IMG/VR virus record: IMGVR_UViG_3300042922_000643
Coordinates: 62,001 to 126,000 of that record
Reading direction: 5' to 3' (one strand)
DNA: 64,000 nucleotides
The translations under genes were made by a program, and so were the position numbers. Of the stretch, positions 38,387 through 49,800 are shown in pieces; the stretch's first letter is position 1, and each line of letters starts with the position of its first letter. A model generated the notes under the pieces. That model was not told the DNA's origin, did no database searches, and saw nothing but the letters and a program-made list of their open reading frames with translations.

Positions 38387-38388
38387 GA

Positions 38389-40872
38389 TTAACTTGCTCC
38401 CCAGACCCGTGTGTTCCCAATCAGAATAACATCAACTTGAATTTCTTCTAGAGCGGGATTGTCCAGCTCAATATCAATCCAGTTCTCAGTTTTACCTACC
38501 CAACGGATATGTCGCTGGAAAGAGTTAGAGGAAATAACTACAGAGTAACGTAAAGCTCCATAATCGTGCCTCCATCTCTTAATGGTTTCTCCCACTGCGA
38601 ATGTCATACTCACACCGTTTCTTGCAGCACTGATAAGTCCATTCGAACTGACATAAGTATCCCCTGTGTTCAGGTATATGTTTTTCGAGTTTGTCTGGAG
38701 GTACATGTGATCCTCTGTTGTAATTTCATTTGGGTCAATTAACATACTTGATGTGCCATCTGTGATTTTCAAGTAGTAATTCCCACTAGTAGGTACACCA
38801 GCGATACTACCCGTTGATCTGATAGTCTGTCTACCGTAAAGGGTGTTATTAACAGGCAATGCTAAAGTACCAAGCTGACTGTATTTATCCGTGAGTAACT
38901 TTCCACTTTCCATAATGGTTCCGCCAACTGTTAAGTTAATGTTCGCCGTACTAGAACCAATCTTGAAATCTAGACCATTGAATAAAACGGGTACCCAATT
39001 CTTCACATTGTTGTCAATGTCTGCGTTGAGAATCGTTGCATTCCCTCCAGAGTATTGACCAATAGGCTTAATACTCATCTTCGCTAAAACAATGGCATCA
39101 TAAGGATACTGATAAGTAGTAGGCGACATCCCTTCTGCTGCTCTCGTTGGGACTACTGCCCCAGCTGCGGTATTAGAAGTTGCTGTCCCTGCTACGATAC
39201 CCAATGAGCCTTCGTTACTACCGCTACTTGCTCCATGAATAAAGACAATATCATAGCGGTAGAAGGAGGCACTCGGGGTAGCAATAGACTTCTGCTCCGT
39301 ACCTGTGATCACGACTCTTCTTCCTGACGAGGTATAGATAGTTCCCGCCGTGACTCTTATTGCAGAACTTGGTACAGCAGTTTCTATAACGTTTACGCCG
39401 CTATATACTCCATCTCTATGAATATCGTATACGGATTCTGTACCTGCTAATTCATAAATTGATTTCCCATCTATAAATTGAGCATTCAGACTATCTACTC
39501 GCACTGAATTTGGAGTTTGAAGAATTCCTATACTCACTGTTCCTTTAAAATTTGCATTGCCATCCCCATCCATTGATACATTTGGAGTCGAAGGAACAGC
39601 CCCTGTACGGAGACCGTCTAATCGAATGACCTGATTTCCACCACTATCTTTAAGGCTGATTACACCAACGTTTCCGTTGTTACCTATATTCATAATCCCT
39701 GTCACTGCCAGACCTGAGGCAAAGGTAGTATGAGTATGGTTACCTGCCGCTACTGTCGTTGAAGTAGATCCGAAACTCACTGATAGAGTGCGGTCTGCGG
39801 CAAGTGTTCCCCCACCTGTAAGACCTGTGCCTGCAATAACTGAACGAGTAGTATCAACCTTCGTTGCAGGATCGAAGTTACCATCATGCCAAAGCATTCT
39901 CCAATTTGTCCATGTGCCATTACTTTTTCCACGGAACCCCATAGTCCCCGCATTGAAGTCCCACATTGTCTGGGAATTATAAAGATCATTATGTTTAATT
40001 CCCATCATAAACCGCCAAGACCCACCACTGGTTTGATTGGCTAGACCACTTCCCATAAAGAAGCCTGTACTTGAGTAATCATTCCAATCTCCACCATTGG
40101 TAACGGTAATAGCCTTATCATTATCAGATAGTTTCCATTGCTGATAGTCATGACTATGATTTCCTACCGCTACGGTTGTGGATGTCGTACCAAAGTTGAC
40201 TGATAAAGTTCTGTCTGCCGCCATTGTACCGCCACCCGTGAGTCCCGTACCCGCGATTACATTTCTGGTTTGAGGTGTATATATCGTACTAATATTGACT
40301 CCATTTACTTGAAGAGCAGTGGCTGCATTCACTGTACCTATTGTAAGTAACTTTGATGTTGCAGTAATATTACCAACTACGGTTAAGTTCCCTACTCCGT
40401 CTAAAGTCATGACATTGGCTGGAGTTGCAACGCCTACAGTATTCTGGGAGTACCATTTATGACTAGCATAACTACTGTACCAAACGGCACTTCCTTCAAT
40501 GCCAATTCCCCAAGTGTTAGCATCATTCCATAAGGTTATCTTTTGACCTGCTGAGTTGTTGGTTCCGTTAGGGGCAGCAGATCCATTCACACTAAATACG
40601 ATACGATTTGCGGTTGCATTGCCCATAGCCAACACACCGCCATTAATCTGTAGTCCACCTGTCATTGCCCGAGTACCATCCAGCAAAAGGACGCCAGCCA
40701 TGTTTGCAGAGGAAAGGTTCGTAAGAGCTGAACCATTCCCCGCAAAGCTAGTGGCCGTGATTGTACCCGTACTATTATCTAGTAGAATACTACCACCTAG
40801 AATAATATCATGGGAGGGGACGGTTAAGTCCCCATGTAGCGTGATTCCATAGTCAAAATTCCTAACCGCCAT
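38389..40872 (-). CDS. Tail fibre protein with knob domain
   Basis: AGTGLTGGG repeats; pyocin-knob-like segment DWNDY...GFF.G...FRGK.NGTWTNWR..WHDGNFDP. Confidence 0.85.
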   Translation of the reverse strand: MAVRNFDYGITLHGDLTVPSHDIILGGSILLDNSTGTITATSFAGNGSALTNLSSANMAGVLLLDGTRAMTGGLQINGGVLAMGNATANRIVFSVNGSAAPNGTNNSAGQKITLWNDANTWGIGIEGSAVWYSSYASHKWYSQNTVGVATPANVMTLDGVGNLTVVGNITATSKLLTIGTVNAATALQVNGVNISTIYTPQTRNVIAGTGLTGGGTMAADRTLSVNFGTTSTTVAVGNHSHDYQQWKLSDNDKAITVTNGGDWNDYSSTGFFMGSGLANQTSGGSWRFMMGIKHNDLYNSQTMWDFNAGTMGFRGKSNGTWTNWRMLWHDGNFDPATKVDTTRSVIAGTGLTGGGTLAADRTLSVSFGSTSTTVAAGNHTHTTFASGLAVTGIMNIGNNGNVGVISLKDSGGNQVIRLDGLRTGAVPSTPNVSMDGDGNANFKGTVSIGILQTPNSVRVDSLNAQFIDGKSIYELAGTESVYDIHRDGVYSGVNVIETAVPSSAIRVTAGTIYTSSGRRVVITGTEQKSIATPSASFYRYDIVFIHGASSGSNEGSLGIVAGTATSNTAAGAVVPTRAAEGMSPTTYQYPYDAIVLAKMSIKPIGQYSGGNATILNADIDNNVKNWVPVLFNGLDFKIGSSTANINLTVGGTIMESGKLLTDKYSQLGTLALPVNNTLYGRQTIRSTGSIAGVPTSGNYYLKITDGTSSMLIDPNEITTEDHMYLQTNSKNIYLNTGDTYVSSNGLISAARNGVSMTFAVGETIKRWRHDYGALRYSVVISSNSFQRHIRWVGKTENWIDIELDNPALEEIQVDVILIGNTRVWGAS
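39730..40260 (-). repeat. Two 111-nt coding repeats (39730-39840 and 40150-40260) flanking the knob domain
   Basis: VIAGTGLTGGGT(L/M)AADRTLSV(S/N)FG(S/T)TSTTVA(A/V)GNH(T/S)H. Confidence 0.85.
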
Positions 40873-40887
40873 TATTTATTCCCCTCC

Positions 40888-43800
40888 TTAAGATGTGAAC
40901 TTATCATAAACGATAACCTCTATGTGCTTGATTTGTATAGCTGATCCAGCGGTATTTCTTTTCACTTGGAAGATTGTATCCCCCGTAAAACTGGATTGGA
41001 ACGGGGCACTCGTCCATGTTCTTGCACCGCCGCCAACTCCCTTACCTACATTCGGCAGATCGAAATCCGTTGGGTTGGTCAAAGTCACAGCAGAAGTTGT
41101 TGTGCCATCCTGAACGATACGAAGCGTTGATGTCGAACCTGGCTCATCGTTATACCGAACAAGGAGTACGTACCAGCGTTCACCACCAGAAGGGTGTTCT
41201 AGGAGACGGCCAGGGCCTGTCAGGAAGGTTCCATAATCTTCGATGATGGTATCAAAGGTTGTACTGCTAACTTCGATAGGAAGGTCACCAGGACCGTATA
41301 CAGGGAAACTGAACATCATACGAAGTGTATTCAAGAGCCTAAGCTCACCGTTTACACGAATGATATCTGTCTCGTCCCCTGTACCGATAGTCGTACTTCC
41401 TTGAACGGTCAGATTGCCAGAGATTGTATAGTCGCCATCCACCTGAGTACTACCTACGTAAGTAGTCGTACCTGTAACGTTCAGGTTTCCTGCTACAGAT
41501 ATGTCTCCTTCGGAGTCGATAGTGAACAAGCTTTCACCTGTACTTTTTGCAACCTGCATAAGGACCGTATTTGTCAAAGCCGCGCTTGGTTGGATCTTAA
41601 GCCCGAGTCCTGCTTTAGTCAGGGTTAGTGTATCGACTAAGGTATTCGCCGCACCAAGTCTTGCGTAGTACGTTGAGATATCTGTGATTGTAGATACTGT
41701 TTGGTTATGCGCTGTTGGTGTAAATGCAGAAGGTACACCTGTCAGATCCCCCCAAGCTACCGAAGTCCAAGATGCAGTTCCAGCAGAGGACCACTTCAAG
41801 AAATTCCCTGTTGCTCCTCCAGCGGGAATATGATTGTAACCCGCACCTGTAGGATGCACATAGGTTGCGGTAGAAGAAATTGTCCCGTCTGCTGCGACAG
41901 AGATATTCGCTCCGATCTTCACGCCACCAAGGACAGTTGCAGAAGCAATAGGAGGAGTAAACTCTGTAGGCTTATCACTTACTTCAGTCCATCCTACTGT
42001 GCTCCATACAGCGGTTCCTGCCGCAGACCATTTCAGCACATTCGTACTTGCTCCACCCGCAGGGATATGATTGCTGCCTGCTCCTGTAGGATGAGTGTAG
42101 ACAGTTATTGTAGAAGTTGTGCCTGCTCCATTCGTTAGTGTTATTACTCCATCTCCAGGAGTTGGATCAGTTACCTTGTGAGCTCCTGTTGCGATGTCTG
42201 TAAGTTTAGTACGATCCCCTGGGGCTAAGTGTATCGTTGTATCACTAGCATGAGCAGAGATATCTACGCCGTCTACAGTAAATCCAGATCCCATGATTAG
42301 GTTAGCATTGATCGTCAGATCCGCGGTGATGATGCCGCCAGCACCTACAGATAAATATTCAGGGTGCCAGTGATCCGCACGGGCCATACGTTCTAGAACG
42401 CCGCTATGAGGGAGTTCTACTTTCATAGCATCTAGAATTCCCCACCCATGAACAGTATCAAGGATTGACTTATTATCCAAGAAACTACCATCCTCATGGA
42501 AGTGGCCATGATAGTGAGTATCATAGTTCAAGTCTAGCTTGTACTCGCCAATCTTCGCATAAGGAGAGATATGGTAGTCCATAATCGCACTTGGCAGAAT
42601 CTTCGGACCACGTACTGCGCCGTTTGCCAAATGGAACGATTGGATACCTGTCTTATGTGGGAAGCTTGGGTTCCATGCTTCAATTCTTGATCCTGGGAAG
42701 CTATCTGATGTTTGAGACATACGCCAAGATGTGGATTGTTTTCCCGTCTCAAATATAGCTGAGGTAACATAGATCAAGCCTCGTTCTACTTCAGGAAGAA
42801 GAGATCCTGTTGGATTGTTCAATCCTGCTCTTACTTTGAAACGATACTTAAGTGGAACGCGGAAGTCAGGTAATTGAGTGTCGGGGTTCAGATACACTCT
42901 ATCAAACGCACCTTCTGTAGACTGTTTCCCTTTACCAATATAGTTTCTTGTTTGATCAGCAACAATCTTGTAACGAGTGAATGTAGAAGGAGAAGTATTA
43001 GTTAAGGTTTGTACTGTTGATCGTCCACTGTATTGATAGTCTTCAAAGCGGATTCTGTCGAGTGAAATCTTACCACTATTTTGCTGGATTAAGACTCGGT
43101 GTTTGCCAGGAGGCATGGACATTGTATGTCTGTGCTCAATTTTGTTTAAGTAAGTCGCTTGATAGAACAAACTGTGACTTCCGCCCATAACCGTTGGCAT
43201 TTTAACAAGCGCTTCCCCAAACTCAGGACCAATAAGATAAGTCATGTACCACCAAGATGTGTACTCAATATCGATATCAATAGAGACATACGCTTTAGGG
43301 ATATCCGTTGTTACCACTGATCTGCCATTAGAAGCCATTTGCTCGCCTTCATATTCAGAACCCGCTGGATACATGTAGTCGTACTCTACTTCCCAGTCAG
43401 CGTATGCATGACAGTGAGCAATATCCATGGTGTCTCCTTTGATCTCATTGCCATTGCCATCAAGGAGAACCGTACCTGTATCTGGATCTCTAGCTTCCCA
43501 GCCCGTTGTAGAAAATCTCATGTACCTCGTAGGTTTGGAGATGATGGAGGCATAGAGATTTGTCTTTCCATTCGGTACTTCAGGCTCAATACCAATAGCC
43601 GTGTGCGCACCAAACCAGTTGGCATTCCAGCTGGGCATATCAAGCCAAGTAAACCAAGATACGCCATCTTCAGAAGACTCAATCTTTACGTTCTTGTAAG
43701 TCTTAGTAACGAAGTCTCGTTGCTCTACTCCGCCCCAGAACGTGTAGGTATAGGTTCTGCCTAGAGGGAATTTAGTATCCCATTCCATCCACACATCACA

Positions 43801-46800
43801 GTGGCCAACCATGTAGGTTTTAACGAGGTCTATAGTAACCGTTTTAACTCCTGAGCCTGTTACTGTTACGTATCGCTTAGAGTTATTATGCGCTCCTCTA
43901 AAGATCGCTCCATCAGCATTCTTTCTAAAGTCCCAAGTGAATACGTTTTTTGGATATTTGCCGTCCACGGCTTCAGCCGCACGCTCATCTGTAGGGTCCA
44001 TATCCTGAAGAACCCATGTGCCGTTTGTAGAGATTTGAGCCACAGGTAACTCTCTGCTACGCACGGATTTGTCGGAGCTTGTAAAGCTGTAATGAGGAGC
44101 CTCATATTCTTGGTCTACTCCATCTTCAATCGGAGTAAAGACCCCTGTTGTTAGATTATCCATGACTACAAATTTAGGAACAAACTCTTCTATGATAAAT
44201 TGTGCTGAAAAGTTCTTTGAAGAAGACTCATTCATTGCAATCAGAACTGAACCATTATGGTTTTTATGGTGGGAGTTCAAAATGTATGAATACTTTGCAT
44301 CCACTCGACCTTCGGCTGGGACAACAGCCTGCTGGAATTCTACACGAGAACTCGCAGGATTAGCGAACTTATTATAGTACACTGTATACAGCTCAGGCGG
44401 ACAGATATAAGACTCTCTGTAGGAGTAGCTAACAGCATACACTTTTGTTCCCACGGGAATCGAGGTATCAAATTCGATTTTTGCGCCGTCTTCATAGTAA
44501 ATTTTACTTGGCATATTTGTGTCTTCAAATGTTACACCATTATCTTTACTGAATTGAATGACTGGCGCTGGTTTTTCAACCCACTCATATTGAGGCGTAA
44601 ACACTTTTCTGTTTGTATCAGCGGTAAGTAGCTCTTTAATAATAGGTACTAACACGCCAGTATACACTCTAAACTCTGGAGTCACAGGAGTCATCTGAGT
44701 ATAAGCAGGGTCACTAGGGTCTGCCCAGTCCATTTTCGGGAAGAAGATATGAGAGGAACTACCGATCCCTCTACTCAATTGATCTCTAGCATAAAGGTCT
44801 AGCGTATTACCATTAGAATAATTGACTACGTTATACAAGTCTTGCTGGATTTCCGCTTGCTGTGAATCCTTACCTGCAACAAGCAGTCGCGCATATCCGC
44901 CTTCATTCAGAAACGGTTCATTAACGCGGAACTCAACAAGTGCGTAGTCACGGACATTTTTCTTTTCTGCATCTTCATAGACCCAGTCTGTTCGATTAGG
45001 TGCCCAGTGTTCTGCTCCTTGATACTCTACAGAACCTTCTAGTCCTAAATAAGGGTCTCCGATGTAGTTCCCCTCGGGATAAACAAAGGACAGTGAACCT
45101 GTCCCACCATTATTTACTAAGTAGAGGTATTCCTTGCCGTCCCATCCTACATCTATCGCAAGGCCCATAACGTTCGCACCCGCATCAATGTAACCAACGA
45201 TAGTTTCTGTCGCAATATTAATACGAGCAACTCTATTTTCACCATTAATAGACACAAGGAGTTCGGTTCCTGCGGCATTCACAACCATATCCAAAGGTTT
45301 TAAACCAACCTGTATAAGCTTTCTAGGCTTTGTATCCATCATCACGGTACTCTCATCGAAGACAGCTACAGAATCAGAACCTAGGAGGGTCACGAAAATT
45401 TTACCATTGGCTACCTGTATGAACTCAGGAGAGTCTCCAACTTTAATACGCGCATGAATTTCTCCACCGTAATTAGGAGTATTACGCACAGTTGAATAGT
45501 GAGAGTGACCTCCACCCCCGTCTTCCATTCCGCCTATACTATGATCCATATGCGGAGTGATACGACCAATTGCAATGAGTTCTCCTCTATCATGGTCTGT
45601 AACATACAGCATGCTCTGATCTGTACTTACAGCGATTCCGTGAGGCGACCATTTATCTTCATCCGAAATAGCTGAACCGTATCCGCCATGATTGTGTTCT
45701 CCAGTTGGAGCGGTGGCTTCAGTTGTACTAGCTGCATCCCCACCTACCGCATAGCCTAACCCAAATCGAGTACTGAGTCCTCCGTGATAGTTATCCATCC
45801 CATGAGGGGAGATAGAAATTGACCCTACTGCTTTCCAGTACATAGTAGGGAAATCAGTCATGCTTAGAATCAGAATATCCCCTTGATCTGCTAGAGTAAC
45901 ATATACCAATTTATCATCTGTAAGGACAAAGTCATACGGAGTATTTCCTGTTACTATTTGGTGATGTACATACAGATCGGGAACTCCATCCCCCGTAATA
46001 TCATCTGACACAGGGGGTGCATCAATAACAATGAAAGAATCGGGAGCATTAACATCCGTAGGGTCGGAATTGACGACGAAGAAGTGTTTATGATCCCCAA
46101 GCTTATTTCCTGTATATTTGATGCGTCCTGGACCTTTTCCTAGGTTCAGTGTTTTACCTGTCAAGCTAAAGTTGTTTGGGTCAAGATCTACTTGCACTAA
46201 TGTATCGTTACCTTGAACAGTTACATATGCGTAGCGTCCTACATCGTCTAGCATTGTAGGTGCGCCGAGTGTCTTACCAATTCCGATAAAACTAGGCTTC
46301 TTACCAGGAATCAACAGTTTACCTGCGACGGTATTAGTGGAAAGGTCGATCTTCCAGAGTTCGTGAGCGCCTTCAGTATTCAGACCTGAACCAAGCAATG
46401 CTTCTCCATCTGGGTTCTTTTTTAGGTATCCAAAGCTAGAGGACGCCGTCATAAACATCCCGTTACCAACTAGATTATCTGATTGAATTACCCCGACGTC
46501 AAATCCATCTACACGTAGGTAGCCATCTCCAATAAGAGTTTCCCCCGCCTTACCAAATACAGAGATGATGTTCGCATCGATACCTTGGGCGCTAATATGC
46601 TGAGCAGTAATACTACCTGCCTGGATAATATCACCCGTGATTGCTCCTGCTTGAATGTTGTTTGTGGTAATTGCATTTGCAGCAATCTGAACTGAGGTAA
46701 TCGTTCCTGCTTTGATAGTAGATGCGTCGATAGAACCGATTTTAATACGAGCACTATCGATGTATCCTGAGGTAATAACCGCAGCGTCTAGCCCACCCGT

Positions 46801-49800
46801 GGAGATATTGTCAGTTGTAATTACCCCCGCTTGGATATGCTTAACGGTCAAGGTATCTGTATTGATTACACTAGAATCGAGTTTCCCTGTTTTAATAACT
46901 CCAGCATCTAATCCTGCCGTAGAGATATGAGTAGTCTGGATCGCATTTGCTGCGACTAAGTCAGAAGTGATTGCACCAGCGGCAATGAGATTGGAAGTGA
47001 TAGTACCCGCAAAGATATTCTCTGCCACAATTGAACCGACGGCAATCTTCTCAGCTGTTACAGATCTTGCTGCTAGTGCTTCAGTATCAACAGCTCCAGC
47101 TTTAATATGCACGGTTTCAATGGCATCGGCTGCAATTTTATCAGCCACGACAGCTCCAGCGTGTAATTTATCAGTCTCTATAGCTCCCGCTGCAATCTTA
47201 TCAGCTACAACAGCTCCAGCATCAAGCTTGTCTGTTTCAACCGCACCTGCTGCGATCTTGTCAGCTACTACAGAGCCTGCCTTGATATTTTCAGCTTCTA
47301 CTGCGTCTGCCTTTAATTCTCTAGTTCCGATAACATCAGCAGCAATATTCCCAGCTATAATAGCATCAGCAGCAATCTTGCCAGCAACAACAGCTCCTGC
47401 TTTAATAGTATCAGCCTCTACAGCATTAGCAGCAATCTTATCAGCAGTAATTGCGTCAGCTTCGATATGTACTGCTTGGATAGCACCAGCAAGAATTTTT
47501 TCAGACGTTACTGAGTCAGCAGTAAGTTTTGAAGCGTCGATGCTATCAGCTTTAATATTTCCTGCTTCGAGTACGCCAATCTTTGCGGCATGAATTGTAG
47601 CATGTTCTGTTGATAGATTGATCGCGCTAATAACCGCAGCTTGAATATGATCAGCACCTAATACACCGATGGCAGCCGAGTTAATGATTGCAGCACCTAC
47701 TGTAGCAATACCTGCTTTAAGGTTCACCGCATCTACTACATTTGCTGTCATACGATTAGCATCAATATTTCCAGCCGTGATCTTTTCTGCACTCAGATTA
47801 CCGATTTTTGCTTCTCCGATAACTGCATTTCCTGCATATAGGTTGATAGCATCGATGACGCCAGCTGTGATCTTATCCGCTGTGAGTTCGCCAATCCGAG
47901 CACTATCAATAAGTGCTTGTTCAGTGCTGATATTAATCGCGTGAATAACGATAGCTTCAATACTCCGAGCTTCTAGTTCTCCAATTTTTGCTCCGTTAAT
48001 TTTAGCAGTATCTGCGTTCAAGTTGATCGCGTCGATAACAGCAGCTACGATATGGTTCGCTGTAAGCTCTCCAATAGTGGCCACATTAATTCTCGCGCTA
48101 TTAACATCCATTTGATCGGCATAGATATTAATTGCTGTAACGATATTGGCCCGCATTCTTTCTGCGGAAATATCACTTGCAGAAATATTGATTGCTTCAA
48201 CTACAGTTGCTTTTAACTTTTCAGCCGTAATATTTTCGGAGGAAATATTGATTGCTTCAATAACAGCAGCTTTAATATGGTCCGCAGTTAAGGTGCCAAT
48301 CACAGCGTTACTGATCTGAGCATCACCTGCTTGCATAGTAGCTGCATAAATATTCAGGGCGGACACTACGGAAGCGGAGATACGGTTTGCATCCAATGTT
48401 CCTGTCTTGATATGAGACGCATCGAGATCTCCGATTACAGCACTTTCAATTACAGCTTTGCCGATATTCGCATTGATGGCCTGAATAACATTAGCCTCAA
48501 GGAACTCACTATCAATGCCTCCGTCTCCATCCAGTAAGCCACTGATACGGCTTACACTAAAAGTATATTCAGCGGGAGCATTATTAATAGAAGTAACTAG
48601 ACGGCTCCCATCATAACTTGCGATTTTGATGTCTTCAATAGAGGCATTCATTAATGCAGCACCATCAATAGAGTTTCCGATAAAGCGAATTAGATTCGAT
48701 GGGATACTTGCGCCTTCGACAATAAAACTCTCATTTGACGCATTAACAGTGATTTTCCCGAACACTGTTTCTCTCGAATAAAATGGACTAGCAACTTTAA
48801 TGAGAGGGTTCTTACTATACCAGTTACCCGTAATTGCTGGAGGATAGTACAAGTTAACTTCATTACTCACAGCACCATAGTTTTCATTTGTTACACAAAG
48901 TGCATCCAAGCTAAATAACAAGGCAACTGTGTGTACATATTCAAACAAAGTCGTAGCCTGAGTCGTAGGAAGTGTATCACTAAGGAACGAAGATCCAAAA
49001 ATTTGAATTCCCAAGGAAGTTCTGTATGTATACATCTTTTCCATCTTAGTTTTGATTTCAGATAGTGGAAGGGAATGTTCTCCTATTCTACTATCTATTG
49101 CAAAAGTATCATAGAAATAGATATCTCCTTGCTGAGCCGCAGAGGGGAGCCAGTCAGGATTGTATATAGTGTCCCCAGTTTCAGAGAACAATTCATCTGG
49201 ATTTTCTGCATTCAGTATAGCTACTAGATTCTGTTCGTGAATACTATTCAGGATTTGATTTTGGAGCTCACGAGACACACCATTTTCATATCCAAAATTC
49301 CCACAGTAAATACCTGTAACACCCATAGCTTTCCATTGACCAATCATCGTTTGAATTTCAGCCAAAGTGAGTCCTAAAAATCCTGAGCTTAAGGTTCCAT
49401 AGAACTTTACAGACCGAGCTTCTCTTACTTTTTGAATAAGAGAAATCGTAGTTCCGTGCTTCGAATTGGAAATCATTTGCAAACCTTCAGCCAGAATAAC
49501 ATGGTCATATTTCAGATACTGAGTTACTGCTTCGTCGATATTCAAAGAGCCATTAATTCCGTCAACAACGCCATTATAGAAAAGAACAGGAGGTACTCGT
49601 AGCAGTCGTAATCCTTCAAGCTGGGAAATACGATCTGATACCGAAGTACTTGCTCCTTGTGGATTCAGTCCAAGGACATTCTCAATTGCTGTGATCGAGT
49701 CTTGAAGATCATTTACATCTTCAGCCATGACATAATCACCAAGAGGATCGTTTGCAGAAGTTGCATTTACTTTTGTTTCGAACAGATCAAATTGATTTGG

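Noticed and set aside
46712-47944. Plus-strand ORFs up to 208 aa (46712-46930, 46967-47593, 47669-47944)
   Set aside because: Antisense shadows of the Ala/Ile/Asp repeat shaft; low-complexity codons leave the opposite frame open.
46560-48500. CRISPR-like periodic DNA
   Set aside because: Periodicity is at protein level, degenerate in DNA, with no spacers.
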